From positions 20,524,001 through 20,588,000 of the forward strand of contig NC_087250.1 of the NCBI RefSeq assembly GCF_037042905.1: DNA of 64,000 nt, written 5' to 3'. The position numbers and the translations under genes are program-made. The DNA comes from Lytechinus pictus (lineage: Eukaryota). The notes under the pieces were generated by a model, which was not told the DNA's origin, ran no database searches, and saw only the letters and a program-made list of their open reading frames with translations. Below are positions 35,845-47,800 of this stretch, piece by piece. How positions within the stretch are numbered: the first letter of the stretch is position 1; every line of letters begins with the position of its first letter.

Positions 35845-38800
35845 ATGAACGGGATTTCTGCTGATTCCAAACAGGGGTTTGATACCGATGTTTTGGGCTT
35901 TACGGGGACGGGGGAATCACCTACTCTTGCTGGAAAGTCTGGAGGCAAAAACCGTGGAAGAAGAGGGAAGAAAAGTAAAGAACAACCAAGAATATCAACT
36001 ATTTCCACCATCTCGACTGGATCTATCGTCAAAATTCAAGATGGCGCGTCGTGTATTGGAAGTAGTTCAATATCCAATTTGGTTCCTGTGCAACTGGGAA
36101 ATGTCCCCGATCCACCCGTTCTGTCAATCCCCGACACAGCCGCTGATAACGAGACAATATCAAGACTTTTGGGCGGCCAGGGAGCTGCGCTTTTGGAATT
36201 GGGAAGCTCGGATTGCGTGAATATTGACTTTATCCAAGATAATGTGGATTACACGGAAGAAACCGGCGTTGAAGCCATGCAATCGCAGAGTTCGACTTCC
36301 CCTACGACCGCGGAGGTGTGCGGTACCCGCGATGAAACGCAGCCGGAACCCTCGGCATCGTCAGCGTCCGTTCCGATAGCGATAGACATCGCCAGTGGGC
36401 ATGGATGGAGCCTTGCTGCCACCGCCGGCGCCGACACCCCCGGCTCCGGTAGATCTCCGAACATGACCGAGTCCACGGTCGCGAAGCAATCCAAGGGCAG
36501 GGCGAAGAAGAAAAAGTCGACTCAGTCAAAACTACCAACCTCTGCTCTCGATTTAAGCATGAAGCATCAGAAACTCTCAAATATTTCACTGCTCGGCAAC
36601 TTGGGTCAAGAACTTAGAATGGCAAATTCAAAGAAAAAAGCCGTCCAACTCCCTCAAGATCCTCGACCAGCCGAGACATCCGGCTCAATTTCCAGTTCTC
36701 TAAAACAAGGGAAGTCATCAAGTTCAGTTGAATATCCACCGATCATTCCGCCCGATGCTGAATTCACTGACCCAACCGGAGACAGTCTGCTGTTGAACAT
36801 TGCGCAAGTTAACAAAGCTGTGTCAGGATCTGGAGAAGGAGACATGGGAGAGGGAGACAGTGATGAGCAAAGCCAAGATGCAGGAGATGGCGCAATTGCC
36901 CCTCAGCCTCCCAACCCCCTCATGTACATCATAACTAGTCGCGACAAGACAACGGGGATGACCCAGCGATTCCGTGTGACGGTTGATCCCGAATCAGTTA
37001 TGTACATTCCCGTTATGGACATAAGCGACGAAGCAACAACCGGCGAACAAACCACAAGTGACGATGTCCCACTCGACTTCATGTCAGTTGATCGAGCCAA
37101 ATCGGATTCAGCAGAAGGAGCTGTAGTGGATACGGTCCCTGCGGACGTGGACAATGCGATTCGAGATGCGCTCCTTTGTAATCACAATGTGACGTCCATT
37201 CCGACGGTGATTGCCAAGGAGGATTTGGGTGCGATCACGGGAGACATGATCACTTCAGCTCTGATGCTACAGGGAAAACCTGATGTGAATGCAGATGCTG
37301 AATCTCCAAAAGATGATGATGACAAGATGGAGCTGGAGAGTGAAGGTAATAACCAGGGATTTAATTATGGACAGTAGAGGCACTGAGGCACTGTTTCAAA
37401 AATTGAGATTGTCCCAGAAAACATGGATTTGCCAAAACCAAGACAAATCATGTCTTGATATTGAGACTGACTTTGTTTATGGGGACAATTTTATTTCACT
37501 TACTGCAATTAAATAGAGTGTGCTTGTAAGATTCAGTGACCTCAATCCCCCAGTTCACCGTCTCTTTTTCACCACTTGCCGTCTTCCAATTTATGAAGCA
37601 TGATATCTTTATGTTGACTAGCACACTTGATTGGTGTCGGCACTTGACGGGTAAATTAACTTCTTCTGAGGTAACAATTAATATCTTAATAAAAGGCAAA
37701 TCTAAAGTTCTCTGAATGAGCAGTTTAATCTTGACAGGCATGAATTTAATTAATTTCATTCATTGAAATTACAATTAGAATGAGAAAATTAAAAAATTTT
37801 GAATGGAAATGCAAACTGAGCATGATCGGTTAAGGGTTAGCATTGAGGTGAATTTTTTTTTTTTAGATATTTCTATCAAAATTGCTTTTAAGATAGTCTT
37901 TGATATCTCAGGTTTCAAAGAACTCAGTTTCATGAAGATTGATAAATCCGAAAGTACTGGAATAGTCCATTTTATTCGTGGGGGTGCTATTACCTCTCAT
38001 CACGGACGGACATTTTTACTCAAATTAAATTCTCTCTAGTTTTATTGTTTTTAGAGTTATTCTAATTTGGTTTGGATGTTCTTGCACTCTGAACATTAAT
38101 CTATTATCAAACATAAATTAGTAGAAAAAAAATATTGGGAAGTAATTTTTTTTGGTAGGTGTGAACATTTCCATTTTGAAATTTCCGTCCGTGATGAAAA
38201 AAAATATAAAAAGTTTTTTTATTTTTAATCAGAATAGAAATAAAAAATAAAAAGGTGCAGAGGTATCTCACTAAACACTGTACATCATTTTATTGAAACA
38301 TAGCTGAAATCCATACATTTTATCCATATCATAAACTCAATCAAAAATGATCACGGACGGACATTAATTTCATCACGGACGGACAATGTAAATTCACTCA
38401 AGTTCAATTCACTCTAGTTTTTTTGTTTTCAAAGTTACTCCAATTTGGTTTGGATTTTCTTGTACTCTGAACATCAATCTATCATCAAACATAAATTAGT
38501 AGAAAAAATATGGGAAGTAAATTTTTCTGGTAGATGTTAACATTCCATTTTGAAATTTCCGTCCGTGATGAAATTAATGTCCGTTTGTGATAATTTTTAT
38601 TGAGTTTATGATATGGATAATATGTATGGATTCAGCTTTTTATTCTTTATCAGAATAGAAACAAAAATAAAAGTGTGTAGAAGCATCTCACTAGACACTG
38701 TACATCATTTCATTTGAATATAGCTAAAATCCATACATTTTATCCATATCATAAATCAATCAAAATAATCGCAGACGGACATTAATTTCATCACGGACAG

Positions 38801-41800
38801 ACAATGAGCAAATACTGAGCAGATTATGAATTTAATTTTAGTTCCAATTTGCAGTGAAAAATGGTACTGAGAATTATTCAGAACTCCAATGGATGGAAAC
38901 CTACAACTCTTCACAATTTTTTTGTGAAATCTTTCTTTGGCTGTTATTGGGGCTTAATTGTTTGTTTAAACATAATTGGAATGGAGATAGAGTTGGAAGC
39001 TACATACATGCCAAAGAGCAGGAAATGAAATAGAGCAAGAATAAGTCAAAAGCTGTATATTTCATCAATTGAAGCTTGCAGAAAGTGATGGAAAAGAAGT
39101 AGAATGCATATTCTGATAAGCAGAAAAAAAAAATCATTTTTTTTAATGTACAAACCTATGGATTTACAATGCTTCTAACAGAACATGACATCAAGTCCTT
39201 GAGGCTTGTGAAAAGTACACAAATTCCTTTTTTTAAGTCCATTTTGGATCTAATTTTGAGCAAATTGCTGATCTGGTAATCTGAAAATGCATCCAATTCA
39301 TATAAAGCTTGCACTGCAGTGTTTAGAAGTTTAATTGGTATCTGATTTCAATTTTGGATTCGGTCAGGGCCTAAATACATGAGGGCTGTTGATGTGAAGG
39401 GGTGTCTCCACTTTAATATGGACAAAAGATGAATTTGAAGAGAGCCTGGACAAGTGTTGTGGTCATACTTGATCCACCAAACAAGCATAATGATCAGCAA
39501 CCTGTGAATCTTTTGGATTTAGTTAATGGTCATAAAAAAAAATTGTGCTCTTCAAAAATTAATGCCTAAAAATGTATGTACATGTATCATCATGATATAT
39601 CATAAAAAGTATCAAGTTGATCATTGATCCACTGGATGTTGATTTGGTACCAACAATTAGTATTCTCTAAATTGAAAAGAAGACAATGTGCATTAGGATA
39701 TTTGATTTTGAAAAGAACTGTGTTTAAAAGCAATCATATGGCTAGATTATTTTGTGTGTCTAGCATAGAAATCATGTTGCTACAACTTAAACCAAGTTGT
39801 AGCAACTTGATTGAAGTTGTAGCAACTTGATTGTGCAACTAATATTGTTTAATTATATAAAAAAATGTACAAATCATCAGTACAATAGCATTTGTTCCCT
39901 CAAACAAGTAATAAGAACTTCTTACAAGGTACTTCCAATGTATTTTAATTGTGTCCGTCCGTGATGTCCGTCCGAGATGTCCGTCCGAGATGGAAAATAT
40001 TTGCAATTCTCTCAGAAGTTTGATATTGGTTAAGAATTCAATATGCTGAACATAGAAGCTAACATACCTGAGTGTAAGTTGCATTAACAATTATTGGTCA
40101 ATGTTAAGCTATTTAGATAGAAACAATAAAAATGTTCAAAAATTCTGAAAACCACATTTCTATCATGTCCGTCCGTGATATAGCACATTTAGTGGCTACC
40201 TACGTTTGTAGGTAACCATGGCAACAAACTTTTTTCATCATTCAGCATACTTTGTCCTACCCTTAACTATAAAACACAAAGGAACCATGTTCATCTTATT
40301 CCTAATTTGTTACAAGCCTTCAAAGTTTTCAAAATCTATCAAATGTCCGTCCGTGATGAACCGATCACGCTCAACTACATATCTTGGGAACAAACAGTAT
40401 TGATAAACCGGTACATTTCCAGTTTAAAATATATCTGAGTTTTTGTAATTTGTGGTATTGAATAGTAGAGTTAATATTGTTTCATTGTTTTTAGATGCTG
40501 TAAATGAGCAAACTGCTGAAAAAACTTGGACCAAGAAAACACCACAGAGGAAGAAAGAAGTGAGTATGCTTTGTCAATCATTCCTTGGTCCTGTAACACA
40601 AATGTTAGCCATGAAATGGCCTATCAAGCTCATCATTGCATGCGCATTTTCTGTACTTCCCAAATTAGTGATTAATCAGTATTGTGTTACCGGGCCCAGG
40701 TGGGTGTTTCATAAAGCTGTTTGTAAGTTCAGAGCGACTTTAAGAACGACTGGTGATCCTTTCTTGTGGAAAAGGGTTTCATTGGCGATGGGTAAGCACG
40801 TAAGAAAGATTCACCAGTCGTTCTTCAAGTCCCTCTTAACTTTCGAACAGCTTTATCAGGGGTGTGAGAGTTCAGATTTTTATCTGATTTCAGATTTTTT
40901 TGTTTTGATTTTCAGCTTAATTTCAGCTTATTTTTGGCCTTCCTCTGTACAAAAAGTATGGGAGCTCTTTCTATTTTAGACTTTTTCAACACTCTTCATC
41001 TTTTTTCAGATCTTTATTTGTGACCACTCACACCCCTGCTTTATGAAATGCCCCCCAGATCTCCTTACAGCCTTCGTTATACAAAAAAAAAAAACTGAAA
41101 ACAATAAACTTGTTCATGTACGTTGCTCTCTCAATATTCTTTCCACTCTTTCAGTTCATACATGTATATTCCCCTTTGTTTTTAGTTGTCTCTTTTCTAT
41201 GGGTGTTAAAGCATTATGAAAGTTTATTCACTGATTATATATATTTATTTTTTATTTTTTTTTTTTTTTCAAAAATATTATTTTTTTTATTTTTTTATTT
41301 GTATGTTCTCATTTACATCGTCACTGTATATTGAACAAAAATACAAAACAACAGCATGATATACATTAGAATTCAACATAAAAATTGACAACATTATACA
41401 AATATAGCAAGAAAAATGTTTAGATACATGTTCAATAGTAAGCAAACATAATGCCTAAATTGACTTTTCAATCTTTGTTTTACAATTTTTCCAAAAAATA
41501 CTTTTTTTTATATTTGCTCTCCATTTTATTTCTTCTAAGAAAATTTCAAATATTTCTTTAAAATTTGATTTTCTTTTTTGTTGAAAAATTGTATAAGAAG
41601 CTAAATTGATTAATACATTAAAGAAAGATATAACGTTGTGTCCATTACCACCGTGTCTACCAATCACAATGTCTTTATAACTAATATCCACATTTTTAAT
41701 ATTCAGATTAATGGTAACACAAAAGTTACTGAATTTTAACCAAAAGAGTCTAGAATAATGGCAATCATAAAATAAGTGATAATAGTTTTCAATAGTTTTA

Positions 41801-44800
41801 CATTTAAAACAGAGTGGAGATTCTGCCAATTTAAATCGAAACAAATATTCATTTGACATCAAAAGTTTATACAAAAATTTAAAGTTGAATTCAGCTAAAC
41901 AAAATTCTTCAATGAAAGTAACTTTTTCTTTCCAGATATTGTTCCAAATCAAATTTTCTTTGAAATAAAGTGACCAATATTGTTCAACATTTGGGGTTAT
42001 AAACTTTTTATCCACAAGAAAATTGTATAATCTTTTAGAAAGTTTAACAGATAAATGTTTACTTTGTTTTATATGTAAAACAGGATCATGGTCCTTCAAT
42101 TGAAAGTAGCTAACAATTGAATGATTTGAGCAATGTTTATCATTAACCAAAATGTTTTTCCATTTTTCTGGTATACAACTCCAAATTAATTTCGATTCAC
42201 ATAAATAATTTCCTTTTTTCTTTAATTTTGCATGAATACACAGTATATCCAATAGTCCATCGTTGTTAACAATATCTCCAATAACAAGAATGTCTGAGCA
42301 TACCCAATGCTTCCAAAACAAACATTATATTATTTTATATTATTTTATATTATTTTATTTTATATTATATATATTTAATCAACATCTAGTATCGATTTGT
42401 ATCAATTCATACAAATTTAATGAAATGCATTGATCCTTGAATACAGGGGAAAGAAGAACAAGTATTATTTTGTCTTGTGTTCCAACAGTCCTACTGTATG
42501 TTTCCTTTGTTATTGTTTGTTTGGAGATGGGGTGGGGTTGTCACTTATTCTTTCTGATTTATTCTTAAAATTTTATCTTGTTCAATAGTCAATACATGTC
42601 CTTCAATTGAAAACAAACCATGCTGAAAGTGAAACTAATCAGACAGTACATCGCCTATATGGTGTAAATACACTAAGTCCACAGAACTTAGTTTTCCTCT
42701 TAATACTGTTTGCTCAATTTTTTTTCATGCAGTGTAAGGAAAGCGTGAAATGCCACGTTTCTGACAACAGTAAGAATTCTTTTCACCATATTCTTTGTCA
42801 CAGAAAACACAATACTGTTAAAATGTAAAAAGGACCCATTCAAAACTATTTAAAAAATTAAATTAATTGGCATGAATTCCTCCAATTTTCAATTGTGACA
42901 AAGATATGTTGCATGAGTATTTTTTGAAAATATATGTATAGTATAATATGGCTTGATTCAGGTTTAAAAAAATAATTATGGGGATTATAGGGGGAGGGGC
43001 TACAACCTACTGTTAAAATCTACTAAATTGAAGAAGCTATACAGTATTTATTGCAATGAATGGAAAGTTCACAGGGCTCTTTAAAATTTTTTCCAAGGCT
43101 CTTATGAACATTTCGGGGATGAAAATGCCCCAAGCCCCCATGGTATTTTTCCTCGGCTCGGGGTGATATTAAAAGCATATCATACAATTTTATTTTTCAG
43201 GCACAGGAGACGATAAAGTGTGATCACCCTGGATGTGGAAAGACTATTGTCGGCAAGTCTAAGTATAGGATTCATAAACTGGGTCATAACGATGACAGAC
43301 CCCATAAGGTACTTATTTTTTAATTTCCAATTCATTTAATGCCAATTCGTCCAATTTCCAATTCGTCTACTATCATTTGGTCTACCATCAGTTTGTCCAC
43401 TATCCACATGGTCTGATTACCGTTTCGTCTAATACCTAGTTGGTCCAACAGCCATTTAGTCCACATACCATTTGGTCTAATTGGACTAAGTTTTGATTGT
43501 GCAAAATGAATGAAATGGATATTAGACCAACTGGTCATGAGATTAAATGGTCATAGATGAAATGATGACTAGACGAAGTGATGATTGGACCAAATGGTTC
43601 TTAGACGAATTGTTGATGGACGGAATGGCATTAGACTAAATTAAAGTAGACCATTTGGTGAGTGGACGAGTTGGCAGTAGACAAATTGGCAATTTACCCT
43701 TATTAAGGCCCTGTCTCATCGTTGCAAGCCTTGCGTATAAATATGTTTGCTACCCCCAGGTCGCTCTTCACACGCAGTTGCTTGTAGAAGCGCACACAAG
43801 TCTGATTTGCACGCAGAAAAGTTTTGAACATGCTCAAAACGTTGTTGCGGATGAGGTGCGGGCAATCACACGCAACTCCCCGCAAGGCTTGAATGTAACA
43901 ATATGACAAGGCCTTTCCGTTCAAAGATCAAAAACAGTTTTTAAAAGAAAAGCAAAAAAAAAATATTAATTTGAATTTTTCAGGGCATGCTCACTTTTCT
44001 ACTCAGAAGATGACACTGCATCAATTAAGGCCCAAGGAATTTGAAAGATTACTTCTTTTTTTTACCCAGGGGTGTACAGTATAGCCCACCTCTAATTTAC
44101 ACGACCTACTGCCTAAAGCTGCAGCATTTGATAAGCTTTAGCATTGCAATGAATGAGGTTTTTGTGGGGCTCTGTTTTATTTTCCATTGCGCTATTATGT
44201 CCCCTGTCCCCCTTGCATGTATGCTGGCGATTGCCGATGCTGTATGTATTTTTTTCATTTAATTTTCATACTTTTTACCTTGTTTTACTGGGAGCTACAA
44301 CTGAAAGTTCTTATGAACTTTTTAGTAGTTTCCGTTTTTCTCTTAATACTGTACATGTCCTTTTCATTCTTGTACATATTGTTTTTTTATACTGGTGAGA
44401 AAATAAATAAATTGAACTTGAATTGAACATCATTTCTGGGGAGAAATCACCCGTGCACCAGTGTGATTTTCCCCTAATTCATTATGTCAAGCCTGTGTAG
44501 TATGCCTAGCAATTGAGTCTTGGAACTCTTGTTGGAATGCTCCCCAGGGAGTGAAGAAAGTGCACACATTGTGTCAGGATCCGATGACGGGTAATAATAA
44601 TTGCAATGTAAAGTGCTTAGAAGCAATGTATAAGTGTGATTTTCCTCAGTTCATTATGTCAAGCCTGTGTAGTATGCCTAGCAATTGAGTCTTAGAACTC
44701 TTCTTGGAATGCTCCCCAGGGAGTGGAGAAAGTGCACACATTGTGTCAGGATCCGATGACTGGGGTAATAATAATTGCAATGTAAAGCGCTTAGAAACAA

Positions 44801-47800
44801 AGTGTAATAAGCGGCTATATAAATGTAACTATTATTATGTCTGTTGCCCATTTTTTTGGCAGTGTCCACATGAGAACTGTGGCTGGACTTTCCCTTCACC
44901 ATACAAGTTGAGGAGGCACCTTTCTGGTCATAGCGGTGCTAAACCGTTTGTGGTAAGTAAAATCAAATTTGTTTTGGGACTTGAACACCTACCTGTACTT
45001 TCTATTTTCTTGTTATTTCTTTGTCTGTTTCTGAGTGTGAAATCTTACATTCATTACTGGTTCGAAACTCTCAATATTTTCACAGTAAGACCATTTTTTT
45101 ATTGTGCAGGTTGGCCTGCAACACAAATGGGGAAATAGAAAAAAAAAGTATAAAATATTTTAAAAGCCAATGAAGTAGGCAGTGGCCATTCAGTGCAGTA
45201 TCCATGGCAGTAATCTATGATGGGCTTTGGATCATAAATAAGCCCTCAATCACACTTTTGCATTGCCTTAAATTCCAGGTCTGCTGTGTGTGATGTAATG
45301 TTGGGTGGCTATCTGCGATTAAAGAAATTATATCCAAGTAATTACCTCAACAACCTTCTTGATAGTGCATTTTCTATTTGTGCAGATGAATGAAAGTCTA
45401 TGTGGAAATGCGGTAATAGCATTATTTTAGTCCCACATGTAGACATTCATGTTGGTTGTTTGAGTGTTTAATCAACTGTAAACAGTCTTTCAGAGTCGAG
45501 AAAGAAGGCACTTTTCCTCATTTTATTGATAGTTTCCAACTAAAATATAGAGTGAACTGTACATGTAGATGGTCATTTCATGGATATAAATATGGGAAAT
45601 ATACAATTTTAGCAGTCATTTTGATGAATTTTTTTTCTTTTCTTTTTACCCTTGCCAGTTAACCCTAACCGGCCTTTTATTAGTAAGATTTAAACAGTTT
45701 GACCCAGGCCCACTCTGTTTTATGGAAAACCCCTCTTATTTCTCTCTATGACAGTGTGGCATGGAAAATTGCGGGAGGCAATTCTCAACCATCTACAACC
45801 TGAAGATGCACCTGAATTCTCACTTCCGTCAGACCGTGGAGGTCTGTGATTACGAGGGCTGCGGGAAGGTCTTCAACTCGGCACCACTACTCAAGATCCA
45901 CAAACGAAAACACTTTGAAGAACAAAGACTCAAGTAAGTGGGCTGCTCATGGTTCCATTCCTTGAATGTTGCTATGTTGGGCAAAACCACCTTTCATCTT
46001 GCTCTATACGGCTGTCCAAAGACTTTCACCCATTTTGTGCTGCTTATTTTACTCTGTATAGATTTAAGTATCTTGGCTGTACAAAGAATTTCACCCTTTG
46101 ATATTTTTTCTCTGTTCAGGTGTGAGTATCCCGGCTGCACAAAGACTTTCACCACCTCCAGTGCATTGGGTTCACACCAGAGGGTTCACGTCAAAGACGC
46201 TACTGACTACCCCTGCCCGTTTGAAGGGTGTACCAAGGTCTATGACAAGGCGTGCAGACTCAAGCTTCACATGCGTTCACACACGGGGGAAAGACCATTC
46301 AAGTGCACGTTTGAGGTACGTTCAGACAAATTTACATGGTGTATTCAAATCAAGTTTCATTACAATTGAGCTGCCAACTGATTTTTCAGTAATTAGTACT
46401 AAAAATGTGATTGTTTCATGCAAAATATTGATTTCTTAAGTTTTCATTTTTAGGCGTTGTCCTATCGTATTTCTTTGAATACAGTCATTTCCTTATGTAA
46501 CTACTAATTTTCAGCTTTAAAAAATATTGAAATATTCTTGTTCAGGATGTGAAAGACATCATAGCTTGTCCATTATTGCATGCGCCTCAGTGGCCACTGG
46601 CTGGGATACTTCATAGGGGTGGAGGATGTGCATATGTTGTGTGCGGGGATGATTGATATTTTGAATCCAATGATCAGGGGTAATTTAGTAAATCTGTAAG
46701 CACTTAGATAATTGCTGTGAAGACATTATGAATAATCCGGGGAGCAATTCATCAACATTTTTGTCCGACAAGTTGCCAGATCTGACAACTTTCCTTGATT
46801 TTGATTGGCTATGAACCACCATTACTATGGTAACTGTCAGATTAAAGTGGACTTGTCGGTCGTTCTGTCCGACAAATCCCTTCATGAAACGCTCCCAAGA
46901 TGATTCTTATTATTTTCATTAAGTCACTGATAAACATGTATTTTATACTTCTGGTTGTAGGGATGTGACTGGGCATTCACATGCATTCAGAAGCTGACCC
47001 GTCATATAGTGCGCCACACTGGGGAGAGGAAATACCGGTGTAAGTTTGAAGGATGTCAGAAACTCTTCACCAGGCTTGAACATCTCAAATCACATGAGGT
47101 CTTCCACAGCGGACAGAAACCATTCGCTTGCAAGGAAGAAGGTAGGATTCTACACATTTAAAGGGGAATCCAGCCTTGGCCATAAAATGTTGTGTTGGGA
47201 GGGAGAAAAATAAATTAAACAGAATGGTGAAAGTTTGAAAGAAATTGGACAAGCAATAAGAAAGTTATAGCTGCTTTAAAATTGAGATCACTAATAGTAT
47301 GTAGATTTCAAATTGGCAACTGGGTAAGTAAATTATGACAAGGGGCAAGGACAACTTTCCCATAGGCCATGTACTTAATTATCAGGGATTTGTGGTTTTC
47401 TCCTAAGTACCCATTCCCCTGGGGCAGTAATCTAAATATAACCCAGGTAGTATATTGTTTTATGTTCTCATTGAAAGAAAAATATAATTTGAAATAACAC
47501 TTTTGGGGAAAATGACATTTTAGCCATAATATGTATTGGAGTACATAGAAGAGTAGTCCTTGCCTTACATCACTATGACATCCCAATTTGAAGTCTCCAT
47601 GGGTATATTGATTACTAATATTTACAAATTTTAAAAATTCATAACTTTCTTGTTGTTTGTCCAATATTGTTCAAACTTTCACCTATCAACTTGTTTGATT
47701 TTTCTCTTTCTTATAAAAACAAGTTTTTACTTGGGTTGGATTCCCCTTTAATCCCAGGGAAAAAGGGAACTCACTGGAAAGCATTGATTGTCTCTGTGAG

